Shown: in pieces, positions 23,961 through 38,400 of the stretch
Layout: each line of letters opens with the position of its first letter
Position numbering within the stretch: the first letter of the stretch is position 1
Assembly (NCBI GenBank): GCA_046563655.1
Contig: CM102288.1
Location: 2,604,001-2,668,000 of the forward strand
From: Yuukianura sp. NJ FZ-2021
Lineage: Eukaryota
DNA length: 64,000 bases
Direction: 5' to 3'
The notes under the pieces: model-generated
The model's database searches: none
What the model was told of the DNA's origin: nothing
What the model saw: only the letters and a program-made list of their open reading frames with translations
Position numbers and translations under genes: made by a program

Positions 23961-26054
23961 ATGATGCTGGGTGCAAATTCGGGAGCCAAGAAGCGGAAGC
24001 GTCGACGATGTCCAATTCCAAAAACGACTTTTACGACGTACATGGACGAAGGGCTCATGCATTTTCGACAAGGTTCATATCGAAAAGCACTCTACTGCTA
24101 TGATCGAGTAATGCAAACTAACTTTTGTTCAAAAAATTTGCCAATTTTGTTCAGTTTTGTTCAATTCCTATTTTTTTTTTCGTAAAAAGGCTCTCGAGCT
24201 CCAGCCTACCCACCGTGGCGCTCTTGTTGAGCGTAGTCAATGTTTTCTGAAACTCGGAGACGCCGAGACGGCCCGAAGAGATGCCGAAACAGCGTTCAGT
24301 TCGGGTGACCCCAAAGTGACTTACCTGCGCGGTTTGGTCCAGTACGCAGAAGCGTTGTTTGCTCTCGGTCTGTTTGAAAAGGCTTTGATCCAGTTCCACC
24401 GTGGTTATCGTCTAAGAAGAGACCTGGACCTGTTTCGAATCGGAGTCCAGAAGTGCCAAGAGTCCATCCGAACAGCGATTCAGAATCATTCTGGCACACA
24501 GATTGAAGATCTGGATGAAATACTTCCGCTGATCAAAGCTATGGAGGCTTTGGACAATCGTAAAACTTAAAATTTCAAAAAAGTTGCAAACTTTTCACAA
24601 AAATTGTGAACTTACCCCAGCTTTTCTTTTGCAGCGAGGAACCAACACTGTTGCATCCGTCCAGACGCAGATGACGTCGACAAGAACGTCAAATTGAAGC
24701 CGCCGTCAAAGGCCCGTGCACGTTGGGTGGCTCGAGAAGTACTTGGATCCATGTATCTGGACATGGAGTACTTGAAGAAGTTCCTTCGACGTCAAGACAT
24801 CAAGGCAGACCAAGGTTAATCTAATTAATCTAACATTAAATTAGCCTTAAACCTAACTTTTAATCCAAACTTTAGGTTCAGCACCAGTGCTGCGTCAAAA
24901 TGCCACCGAAGCACTCAACTACCTCAAAATCCGTGAACAATTTTGGAAACAGCAAAATCCAATGTATTCGCGAAAGTTTGGACTCAACTTTAACAATGAC
25001 GTAAAATTTCATTTTTTTAAAAACATATTTTCAAACTGAAAAACAGTTTTTGAAAATACTTTGAAAATACCCAGGTTGTGCTCCACTATGAACAACTTGA
25101 AAGAGACAGACAAGAAGCGTCTCGGAGAATCAAACAGGATGCTGCTGAAGGAGCCGTTTTGAAAAACATTTCACTGATTGAACATGGTATTCCGCTTTCC
25201 ACTAAACATTTTCAAAAAACTCTTTTCGAAATTCAGTTTTTTCAAAATTTTACTTCACTTTGTAGCACTGGAGATTGGACGAGCTCACGATTGCCAACTG
25301 GAATGCGACCGAACGCTGCGTCAAATGAAAGAAATCACTACGACTCTTCTTCCGAGGAAACCCGAACTTATGTGCCAAGTTCTCCATTACAAAGGACTTG
25401 CGCATTTGCGGCTCAAAAACTACGATTTGGCCATTGACACTTTTGGACAAGAGCTGGACATTGCCGTTAAGCACAAAATGAACGACATTCGGTCACGAGC
25501 GATCGATCACCTCGGGAAATCTTATGCACTGAAACAGTCTTACGCTGAAGCTGCTGATATTTGGGAAACTCGTTTAGCGTTATGCAAAGCTCCACTGGAC
25601 AGAGCTTACTTGTATCATGAAATTGGGCGTTGCTACCTTGAAATGTTCAAATTGGACTTGGCTCGTTACTATGCAACGAATTCATACGATGAGGCAATGA
25701 AAATCAAAGATTGGATTTGGGCCATGAATGCCAAGATCCTCAGTGGCCAAATTGAGTGTAAGATTCTCCGAAATTTCGAAGATTTTAAATTTTCAGGGCA
25801 ATTTGAAAGTAAAGTTCTAAATTTTTTTTTTAGTGAAAGCCAAAAACATGGAATCAGCAGCAACCCACTTCTACAAAGCAGAGGAATTTGCAATGAAGTG
25901 TGGAAACAATGGAAACGCTTCGCTTCTGCGTGAAGCCCAACATTGTATCAAATTGTTCCTTGAAAAACAGGCACAACAGGACGCTGAAAATTTGCTCAAA
26001 GCGCAGGATGAGGAGGAAGAGGACCACGACCATCATTTAATCCCCGCAAATTAA
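23961..26054 (+). CDS. TTC25: TPR protein TTC25 / outer dynein arm docking complex subunit 4
   Basis: TFTTYMDEGLMHFRQGSYRKALYCYDR|ALELQP...LVERSQCFLKLGD...AEALFALGLFEKALIQFHRGYRLR...FRIGVQKCQESI; EQFWKQQNPMYSRK; RSRAIDHLGKSYA; LYHEIGRCYLE. Multi-exon; the exact start codon is uncertain. Confidence 0.9.
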
Positions 26055-26217
26055 CGCCTGCAACTTTTCAAAATTTCAAAAACCTCAAAAAGTTACATTT
26101 CAGTAAAGCACTTTGCACTTTACAATTTATTTGAATAAATTAGTTAAAAGTGGGGAGAAGTAAAAGATCACGTAGGCATTCGTTCAGTCGTGCTAAGTTG
26201 TCGCCGGAGGTCAAAGT

Positions 26218-26716
26218 TCAAGCTCGCTGTGCATTCGGAGTAGTTTCTGTTGGAACTTCGGCTGAAGTTGGCTGGGGTGGTGGGACTGAAGAAGGTGGGA
26301 CTTCGCTGTATTTTGGTGGAGTAGGTTGCGTCGGAGGAGGCGGAGTCATTCGTTGTGTTTGCGGCGTATCATCGAAAATGTCGTCGATGTAGAAGTCGTA
26401 AGTAGGGCAGTGGTGGGGTACTGGTCCGCCGAATTCTTGGCCACAGCATGTGTAATAGTAAGTGTGAGGACCGATACCGGGACCGTATCGGTGAAAAACG
26501 ACGTGAGTGGGATTACCATACATGTATCTGCGACGACGACCATCTGAAAAAGTCAAAGGTCATAGGTCACACGTTGGCATCGCCTGAAAAGTAGTAAGTA
26601 GAGTATGGTATTTTCGATTTTGAAAACTTACACAGGAAAGGGAACGTTGCTGACCAGTAAATCCAGAAACACAAGTAGAAGATTAACATCCAAAGAAGAA
26701 ATGCAATAAACAACAT
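26218..26716 (-). CDS. Small single-pass membrane protein with a PPxY motif (WBP1/VOPP1/PRR7-like architecture)
   Basis: A hydrophobic exon MLFIAFLLWMLIFYLCFWIYWSATFPFL splices in phase 1 to YGRRRRYMYGNP...YYYTCCG...TPPPPTQPTPPKYSEVPP. The layout is TM, basic stop-transfer, then a Pro-rich tail with PPKY. An additional upstream exon is possible. Confidence 0.6.
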
Positions 26717-27180
26717 CTTTGATTTTTCCTAAAAAAAGCGAGTTCAAAAATTTTAGAGCAGACACTTTAGAATAAGTTGTGCTGCAAATCTAAGCCATTA
26801 CATAGCAAAATATCCCTTAACACTGTTTGTGCTCCTGTTTTGGTAAGTGGTTGTGAGCGCATGGTTAATTTATCTTTCTAATGCGGTTAACCTCTAATGA
26901 AGGTTAGGATTAGGATTAATTAAGTTTTGTTTTTAATTAGAACAAAGTTACGACTTTTACGCTAGAAAATTTCCAAGTAAATAGCCATAAGGCCGTCAGA
27001 AGCGTCATCCGATTTGCGCCGGCGTGGCGCGAAAAGCAGAAACTGCTTGGATGAAACAAAGACAAATGTCACTGACCTTTGTTCAATTTTTTTTGTTTCT
27101 ACATCAATTTCGGAAATTATTCAAATCTCGATTAATTGAAGAAAATTTAAGAATTGCGAACCTGGATTGACTGATTCAAG

Positions 27181-27767
27181 ATGAATTTCATTCGAGCTGG
27201 AGCGATTTTGGGACGTTCTGGACCGGTAAGCTAAGCTTAAGGTGTTGAAATTATAGTTAATTGAAAAGCGAGTTTACGACGGTAAATTAGGATTTCATTG
27301 TTTAGATTAGTTTGATTTAAACTGATATCATTTTTAAGTCTGGTCGTGTACGTACCGCTGGTGCTGGTAGTCGGTTGATTCATCTCAGCTCTGGATCAGC
27401 CGAGAAGTTTTCGCCTACCAAGGTCAAGTTAGACAAGGGACGAGAGGTCAAGTGGTGGTAACTTAACAATTACTTAACTATCAATTAACATCAACCTAAA
27501 GTAGGTTGTTATTTTTTAATATGAACGTGCAGTTCCTGTGGACAAACCAAGACCAAACCATTCTGTGATGCTTCATCAGCCTGCAAAGGGAAACCAGTTC
27601 TGTTCAAAGCAAATGAGTCAAAGGTCAACACTTTTCATTCTTCAAAATTTTAGCAATACAAAGCATATTGTAGACGTACTTGGTTGTACTTTCAGGACTA
27701 CGTTTTCTGCAACTGCAAGCAATCGAAGAACAAACCGTTCTGCGATGCAACTCACGCAAAACTCTAA
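27181..27767 (+). CDS. CISD3: CDGSH iron-sulfur domain protein 3 (MiNT/Miner2), mitochondrial; absent from the ORF track
   Basis: Exons 27181-27225, 27339-27457, 27533-27623, 27696-27767. Arg-rich, acid-free presequence MNFIRAGAILGRSGPSGRVRTAGAGSRL. Two CDGSH-type motifs: WCSCGQTKTKPFCDASSAC and FCNCKQSKNKPFCDATH. Confidence 0.9.
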
Positions 27768-28175
27768 ACGAACCCGAACAAACAGAAAATCATAAATACT
27801 AAGAAGCAGTTGAACCGATTAACAAAAATCACGCACAATCAGAATTTACCAGAAATTTTCAAAATCCAAAAATCATTTTACCTTTCTGAATCCTATTTGC
27901 GACAAAAGTATTTTCATTTACCTTCCATTTAATTCAAGTAACCGTCCAAGATGGTACAATATTTACATTGGTAAAGGTAATTTTTACAATAAATATTCAT
28001 TTGAACTGCCTTAAACCAATTGATCACCGAAACTAATTGATTTCGAATAAGGCAGAAGAAGCGAGCGGTGCGAGAACTAAAAATAAAGTGGATCTATTGG
28101 GTAGTTTTGTTTTTTCTTGGGTAATTCCTATTCCGTTTTTTCACTTTTTCCAAAAAATCGTACATCACCGATTTT

Positions 28176-30498
28176 TTAAACGTTGACGCGAACAGTAGTT
28201 GGTGTAAGGACATGGGCATGAATCCAGTCCAAAGCGAATCGTACAATGCTAAACCTCAATCGCTTCAAAAATGTACGAATCAGAGTAAATTCCAACTTGA
28301 CGGCCTCTGATGACGTCTGACAAAGGAGCTTCGTTGTCAAAGTAAGAAGCCATTGCATGATCTGCGAATCAATTAAGTGATAACGTTAACAAAAATCTTA
28401 AGTTGTACTGTAATCCTTAACTTTAAAAGAAAACTTACTTCTGAATCCGGAATTCGATCCGACTCTGTAAAGAACCAGCGAGAAGGAGCCCAGAGGTAAA
28501 TGTGACAAATCGTTGCAGCGATTTCCGCTGATAGACGCTCTGCTGGTTTGACCTTCAGTAAAGAATGGACCAAGTCGTTAATCAGCGGCGGGACACTACT
28601 GATTACCGGTAGTTCCTCTTCCGTGTACGTTCTGGAATCCAGAGTTCTCTTCTCGCTGGACTGATTTCGTCTACGAACAAACGGGTTTTGTTCTCCGAAG
28701 ATTTCATATGCAATGGCTCCGACACTCCACACATCTGATTTTGCGTAAGAAATCTTCTTCCAGCTTCCTGGATTGGCTCCAGATACTTCTGGACTACAAA
28801 AAGATTTAAAACGTCATAAAGTTAAAACGTTAAGCCAACGAATGTGACAACTTACGCCATCAGAGCTGCATTTCCACCACGATCTGTCTCAATACTTGGA
28901 AATGGAAGGTAAAGACCGTGCGACTTGTCTGCAAGGCAGCAACCAAAATCCGTGATGACAAGGTGTGGATAACTTTCGTCATTGGATGTTGATAACAAAA
29001 GATTGTCAGCCTTGAGATCCCTGGAGTCAAACAAACGTTAAGAAAAAACATGAAAGTGATACGATGACGTTGGCATTCACGAAGTTACCTGTGTGCAATT
29101 TCATTTGCGTTCAAATGAGAAACTCCTTCGAGTAACTGCGTCAAAAGTAAAATCCTGTTTCTCAGTTTCAAATCCGTGTGGTGTAGCAGGTATTCATGAA
29201 GATTCGTGTCGTAACTGAAAGCAAATCATAATCGATTAACTTGAGTTTGAGTAGATGTTACAATTGATCAATGAATTCAGATTAACGTACCGTTTCATAA
29301 CAAGGAACAAACTCATGTTTCTGCCAAGTCCATCTTCATTCAGTCTCCGAGGAAGTGCGTCTGGGTACTTTTCAAGTGATTCTGATAACAACGGGACTTG
29401 ATCCGTAAAGACGTGGGAAATATCAATGATGTTGGGATGCGGGGGACAGCGATTCAGCCTCGAGAGTTCACTGTGTACAAAAAATGATACCAATTTAACA
29501 TGATGTTGAGAGTGTTACAAGCAGGAAGTGATAGAAAACTGGTAAAACCTTTTGGAAATATCTCCCAGTTGGTCAATATTCCTTGCAGGTACAATTTCTT
29601 TAGCCATAGCACGCAGGATCATGGCAGAATTAGATTCGCAGTAGAAGTTGAACATCATCTTCACACCAAGAGGATACGACTCGTTCACATCCGATTTTGT
29701 TCCAACAGGCAAGTCCTTCCAGCGCGCTGAATAGACTGCAGCAGATGATCCCTGGGCAATCAACGGACCAAATTCCAAATTGTCTACAGACACAGAGTTG
29801 AAGGACGATGAAGATGGCTCAGCTTCCTCGGGTGACAAATTGCGTTGTTTCGTTTCAAATGACTCCTGTAGCAAGAAATACAGAAAGAAATCACCTTTGG
29901 ATCTACATGAAGCATTCCTTGGTCAAACTTACCCTAATTTCCCAGCAGATTCCTTCAAATTCGTTCTCCTTCGTCAGGACTCCAGCTCCGGAAGCCAGTG
30001 ATACTCCCAGCAAAGCGAAGAATGGACGAGCGTTGTTGGCTTGCAGTAACTGTTGACTTGCACGTTCCTGAAGTCCAGCATTCATCGAATTGGTTACACG
30101 CCGCAGAACGTTATCCACAAATATTCTCCTGTCCCAAAAAAGGAAAGACAAGTTACCCAACCGTGATAAGTTTCATGTTTCAGACATCATGGATCACTTT
30201 AACATTAAAAATTGAAGACAAACATGTTAGCTCGTCTGTCAAGTCACCTGTATTGGTTTTGAATCCCTTGCCCAATCCATTCCAAAGTTCCAGGATTCGG
30301 ATTCTGTGTCCTCGGAAGCGGCGGCAACACTTGATGAAGTCCAGTTCCAGCAGCAGTTGAAGTAGTCGGCCCTCTGCCAGGATTTATTCCGACGATTGGG
30401 TCTAATTTCCCCAGAATTGGATTTTTGGTATAGAATCCCTCAAAGTGATAACGGAGAAGAGCACGACCATGTCCAATTATACGTTGGATGATGGACAT
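28176..30498 (-). CDS. PINK1: PTEN-induced kinase 1, mitochondrial Ser/Thr kinase
   Basis: Presequence [127 protein letters not shown]-terminal extension [11 protein letters not shown]. Confidence 0.96.
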
Positions 30499-31201
30499 GT
30501 CGTAGAATCGAAAAAACCCTGGATGTGAAACCACTGATGTATTTGTTGCTCGCAACAGAAGTCTATTCATGACTCTCTTTTTCACTTGATAACTTCCGGG
30601 ATTCGATCAATTGTAGCCCCAAATTCTCCACTATCAAAGGCAGTTCACATCGTTTTGTTGACCTGAAAGACAATCAAACATAAAACATAACAACGGCGAT
30701 ACATTTTCCCTGTGTCAATATTTAAATTCAATTAAATCATCCCATTTAAACGTAACTTCCTCAGCACTTACCAATTTTTCGTCAATGTCGTAGTTGATTT
30801 ATCCAATTCTCTCCTGGCTTTTGACGCACCAGAATCGTTGAAAACGTTCCGACCTGTCGAACAATAAAGGTCAAAGGTGTGACACAATTACAACAACAAA
30901 CGAGCTAATCAAAAATTAATTAGTTTTTACCTACCTTTTCACTGAAAAATAAATCAGAAAAGAAAACTGATGTGCAAAAAATTGACAGAAAAAAAAACAC
31001 AAGGAAAAAATCTATATTTTTTTTTACAATTTCAACTCCCCGCGCTCTTTGCCTTTAGCCGATATGAAAAACCAAAGCTCTCTACTCGCGTCGACAGTAA
31101 AATTGTAACTAAAAGTTAATTTTAAAACCTCAATTTAGTTAAGTTAACTTCGTCTAGTGAAGTTTTGACCCAGTTACCTAATATCGGATCGCAACTCGGC
31201 C

Positions 31202-31217
31202 CCAGTTACGTAACTGG
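31202..31217. promoter_or_regulatory. Perfect 16-bp palindrome containing a PAR-bZIP-type site upstream of PINK1
   Basis: CCAGTTACGTAACTGG; the core GTTACGTAAC matches RTTACGTAAY. Confidence 0.35.
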
Positions 31218-31713
31218 TCATAGCACAATAATGCAATAATGGTCGCCAAATTGTAGACTACGTTTACGTGAGATTGAGATAAAACGAATGCATTTATGTA
31301 ATTTGTAAACGATTAATACTCTAACTAACTTAGGGATAAGGATTACAATACTTTTGCTAAACTTATGCTTGACAATTAACAACTTGTTCTTTACAATTAT
31401 TGACTTTTGAGACACTTTGCGATTTGAAGGGCAAGGAATGAGGATAAAGGGATGAACAAGGAAATGAGGGCAGTTGAAGTAATATCGAACGATGTAATAC
31501 AATTAGTAATTGACTTAGAGTTGAAGACTAGATCCAGCGATTGTGCAAACACTTCTTGAGACATCCACACCAACATGTCCTTGACCAAACTGGGTTAAAA
31601 TGGAAATGCGGGTTTATGTAAATGCAATTGAACAATTGAAGAAAAAAGTTGGTTCTTGTCTTGTAGCCCAGCAAACCCATGACCTTCCCGATCACTTCCA
31701 GTACCCGTATTGT

Positions 31714-34700
31714 TCATTTGACGGGAAAATCAGGCCAACTGTCGAAATTGATAGAACAAAATTAACCAAAACGTCTTACCAAAGTAGGAATTTGTAATCA
31801 ATTCGTAGGATCTTACTAGTTGATGTGGTATCGATGCGTAGTGCCTTCAAACAGTCTATCCAACCAATTGGGCAAATTGTCTAGCAGATGAGAAGTGAAC
31901 AAAATACTTGGTGGATGAGAATCAGAAGTTGTGACATGGAGCTGGAAGAAAAACAGAAAAGACTAAAACATTTCATTTTTAGTAGTCTTTACATTGTAAA
32001 ACGAACATGAAAATACTTTGTAACAACTTACTTCCGGCCTCCTGCTCTCAACGTCCGAAGTCTCTTCATCCGAGTCTTGATCTGAGTCGAATCCAAGAAA
32101 TCCACCATTTCTGTATCCACCGGTAGAAGAACGCTGGCGCTAAAACCAAAAGAAAATCTCTTTCACATGCTAATCCATGAAATACTATGACCTCTCACCT
32201 TTATTGCTCCTCCAGGAAGTGCGGCATGAAAGACGCAAAAGTAGCGTCGATATCCATTCAGTGACAACACCGTACCCACACAGTTCCGAGGATTGATGTT
32301 GAGGTTTCTCTGTTCAGTGAGGCTAAGCAACAGAAGTTCCTTGTACCATCTGAGTCCACCGCCTTTATCCACATGCATGAAACCAAACTGCAGAGATTTG
32401 TTCCTGCAAAACAATCGGGGATTAGTAACTTTAAAACGATAATCAAAACACTAAGTTCTAAGTTATACACTCACTTTCGATAAGGCCAAATACATCGCTG
32501 AAACTTTGGCAGAAGTGAACCTTTGGTTTCAGCGTCGAGCAGCAGGATTAACGTCCGGCACCCTGGCTTGATCAACTTCACCAATCCATTGTACGTTTCA
32601 CTTCGCATGTCATGCAATTTCAATTCAGAATTATTGAACAAGTGACTTGATCCGCTTCCCGGAGTTCTAGAACCCCCTGAAGGGTGAGTCGAGCGTCTTG
32701 GCGTTGTTTGGCTGGTCGGATTCCGTGGTGGTCGATTTTCACTTGAAGCTCTCGCTTTGGCAGCAATTGATTCCTCTTCTAGGCGTCTGGAAAACGAAAA
32801 AACATAAATTCCATTTCATTTCCAATTTAGTAAAACACTTCTCAGAAACTTACACTAAATAGGCCATAATAAATCCTCCAGCGACAATGAAGAGAACTGT
32901 TGCGATGAGTGAAGCTGCTTGAATAACAGTATCTCGTGTCAAGTGTGTCCTGAAGAAGTCCACCGTCAAAGACAGCTTTTTTAGCACCTTTGACAGAAAA
33001 CTCTTTGCATGTTCGTCCGTGAGTTCCTGAAAATAGACGAGTCATTTCATTTGTGGAAGAACTGTGCATTTTTGAAATTTAAAATAAAAAATGTAACCTT
33101 GAGCTCAATGAGATGTGCTAGAGGCTTCTTTTCGTTTAGAAGTTTGAAGAGTGTTGACTCCAATTTTTGACTGGAGATATTGGACCCATCCCACTGCATC
33201 CATTCATATGCTCCGCGAGACACGTCTTGACGCCACAGTATTATTAAGTTCTGGTTTTCCGTTTTAACACCTCCTGCAAATCAATTGAAAATTAGTTCAT
33301 TAAACTTCATCGTTTCACTGTCAGCGTCACCCACTTCACTTACCATACACAAGCGCATTGAAAAACTCTCGCTGCCTGTCCGGAAAGACATGAGCAAAAC
33401 GTACACGTGGTTGGACCCATTTGATGGCAAATTCCCGCAGAGCATTCCGTCCTTGTACTGAATTCTCCGTTTCTAGTAGAAGAACGCATAGGTGACGTCG
33501 GTAAACTGAAGACTCGGTGGGACAAATTGCATCCATCACAGCCTGAGTTCGGAAATTAAGATTATTCGAGGACTTAAAAACTTCATTGACTAAAAAGTAT
33601 CTCTAAGTGACCTGTGAGGAGAGTCGTGGTAGAATGAGGAACTTGTTGTTTTCTACAAGGTCCTTCATGAGATTGTATGGAATATCTGCCATGGACAGAG
33701 ACGCTGCTGGTTTTAGCGTTTCCTTGAACACCATCATGCAGTCCACTGACTTTTGAACGCCAAAACGGGAACGGAGAGTTGAGTCTGAAGGGAAGATGTA
33801 CCTAAATGAAAAAAAAAGTTCAGATCAAAATACTACTCAGATGGTGCTGAAAAACGTTGAAGTTTACCCAAAGGCAGCTCTTTCACGGTATTGAAAGGCA
33901 AGGAGTGAGTAGCGAAGTCTGACTTTGTTTCCCATTCCAAAAATTAGGACCCTCACACGATTGTCAGTCCATGAATTGAGGAAGATTTGAACATTGCTGT
34001 CATCAAGAGTGTCTATGAGGTCCGGTGGCATATGAGAACGAACAAAACCTTCAAGAATAGTTTAATTTTAGGATTAGCTTAAGTAATTACTTTGTAGGAG
34101 TCCATGTTTCTATGTCTTACCAATTACTTTGGTAGAACTTATGGCAGAGTCTTGGTAATGGAACGGATAACCTTCAATGAGTAATATCTGCAAAAAGAAA
34201 GCAACAGTTACATTCAATTCAAATTGTAGAAATTGAATAGCAGTTGAGTAGTTCAAAACATGACTCACTACAGAAGGCACCGCTGACACGCCCATTCTCC
34301 TTGCGACAACACGCTCACGCTCACCATGAACAGTAATCACGTCCATCTGAAAATGAAAACGGTGAAGATAAGTTGGTTAAGTTGAATAAAATGTCAAGTT
34401 ATCCTTACGCCAATTGATTGAAGTTCTTCCGTCACTGTTCTCCATGCTGGAGCTGCTCTAGCTGCATCAAACCAAAAAATATTTCATTACCATTTGAACT
34501 TACTTCGAAATTAAATCAAGTAAAGACGTACCACAACTCATGCACCAATCTTGATAAAAAAGAATGAGTTGAGGAACTGTGTTCGATTTGGGAAGCACAG
34601 TCTGGTCAAAGGTTCTGGAAATCAAAGATAAATCAAAATACTTCCAATTTAAAGTTAAGATTATCTTCGTAGAGTCACTTACTTGGAAGTGACACTTTGC

Positions 34701-35306
34701 TTGTGAAGAAAGGAGATCCCATCTGAGAATGGGAAGTGAAAGGAACCACCAGTGGCAAAGTTGAAAACATCATCAAAAGGATCAAAACGATTATTAAAAG
34801 TTGCAGTAAAGTCACGACGGTCAGAGTAATCATCATCTTGAATTCCCCGTTGGTCATACAGCCGCCGTCGCTCCGGATCAGACAGGAGCTGGAAACATCA
34901 AAGAAGAAAACATTTAAGATTTAACATTCCCATTGATATTTTGACTTTAGTCTTCCACATTTACCTCATAAGCTTTGTTAATTTGGACAAACTTGGCTTG
35001 TGCATCTGGAGCTTTATTCTTGTCAGGATGCCACTCTTTGGCTAGTTGCTTATACGCTCTACGTATATCTTGAGGACTAACTCCTCTCGAGACTCCAAGT
35101 ATCGTGTAAGGGTCATCCGGAGAAGTTGACGATTGGAGGCCAGTGACAACGACAACGGAATGGGTCCAGTAGTACAGAATACATACAATGAGCAGCAAAT
35201 TGACTCGACTTGGTAAGAGCACTGATAAAGAACTGGAGTATTCGAATCTTCTTCTATTGTGGTGGCTATGTTGATGACCAAACGATGAAATTCCCGTTGT
35301 CTCCAT
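31714..35306 (-). CDS. DNAJC16: DnaJ homolog subfamily C member 16 (signal peptide, J domain, thioredoxin-like folds, TM)
   Basis: J domain DDPYTILGVSR...YKQLAKEWHPDKN; Trx-like FYQDWCMSC; DAICPTESSVYRRHLCVL; WYKELLLLSL...INPRNCVGTVLSLNGYRRYFCVFH; C-terminus LPNWLDRLFEGTTHRYHINY|WPDFPVK* with the stop at 31714-31716. Confidence 0.93.
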
Positions 35307-36206
35307 TGTGGTGTGGTCCGAGGGTTGATCTAGGTTGAGGTCAACTGGAGACTTTGGGATGCCACCCTGTCACTCCCGTCGACTTCTACACCACGGTAGT
35401 CACTCCATCATGACTTAATTAGCTAATTAACTTAACTTTTTGAACAAATTAAAATCTAGGTCATTGAAAATTCCTGGACTGATTCACCTTTCCAAGGGAA
35501 AGGAATTGTCCAAAAAAGTTTGAAATATTTTTGAAAAAAAAAAATCAATACGTGCCGTTTGACTTTGGCGCTTTTTTGTTTTGTTTCTCAGCGTTGGCCA
35601 CGCTGAGACTTTTTGAACGTGATGCTCTTATGCACATGAAATTAAAAATTTCAAAATTTCAGTTTTTAATTTTTCCAAATATTTTTTTTTAGCATTTCTA
35701 CACACAATTTGCAAGCGAATTTCATTGCTGAAACTAGTACCTAAGCCTTTTGGAAACTCAAATGAAGTAAATTTTAAAATTTTCTGATACAAATTCAGTT
35801 TTATTTCTAATTAAATGTGGAATTAAGTAAATTTAAAATACGGAAAGATTTTAACTCAATTTCGAAATATCGAAATGAAAAGAAACACGTTTATGAAAAA
35901 ACATGTTTTTCCTCATTATTTTATCATTGTTAACTTTTTCTTTTCACTTTTCCTTTTTTAAGGCTTCTTTCTCAGTACTCAGAACTTAGAACTGAATTCC
36001 CCAGATGAAGAAAGTGAACCGAAGAAGCGATTGCGTCTGTGGAACTTCTGTTATAGTAGAAATGGACAACTGCGGAAGCAGTGAAAGTGAAACCGTTTTG
36101 GAGGTAAGAGGCTGCGATGAAACGCTGTTTCCCTGTGCGTCTAGATTCTGGAAGTTCCCTTACCTTTCCATTGCATCACAATTGATATCCTTCATTCAGT
36201 TGCAAA

Positions 36207-38210
<2,004 letters not shown>

Positions 38211-38400
38211 CCGGAACAGACAAAACATTGCGGCCGTTGACACTTGCACTCCTGTTTTGAGAATTTCGACGCTGGAATGGCCTTCAAAAAATAAAACGAC
38301 TCTTATTTGTCCATTGTCTAAAGTTTCACTTCCACTTTCATTTTTAAATGTTTGTCACTTTCCAATTTTGGTTCTCAGACTCAGTCATTGTTTGGCTTGC

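Noticed and set aside
31397..31588. 63-aa minus-strand ORF as the last DNAJC16 exon
   Set aside because: DNAJC16 ends at WPDFPVK* (31714), matching the family C-terminus. This ORF lies in the 3' UTR or intergenic DNA.
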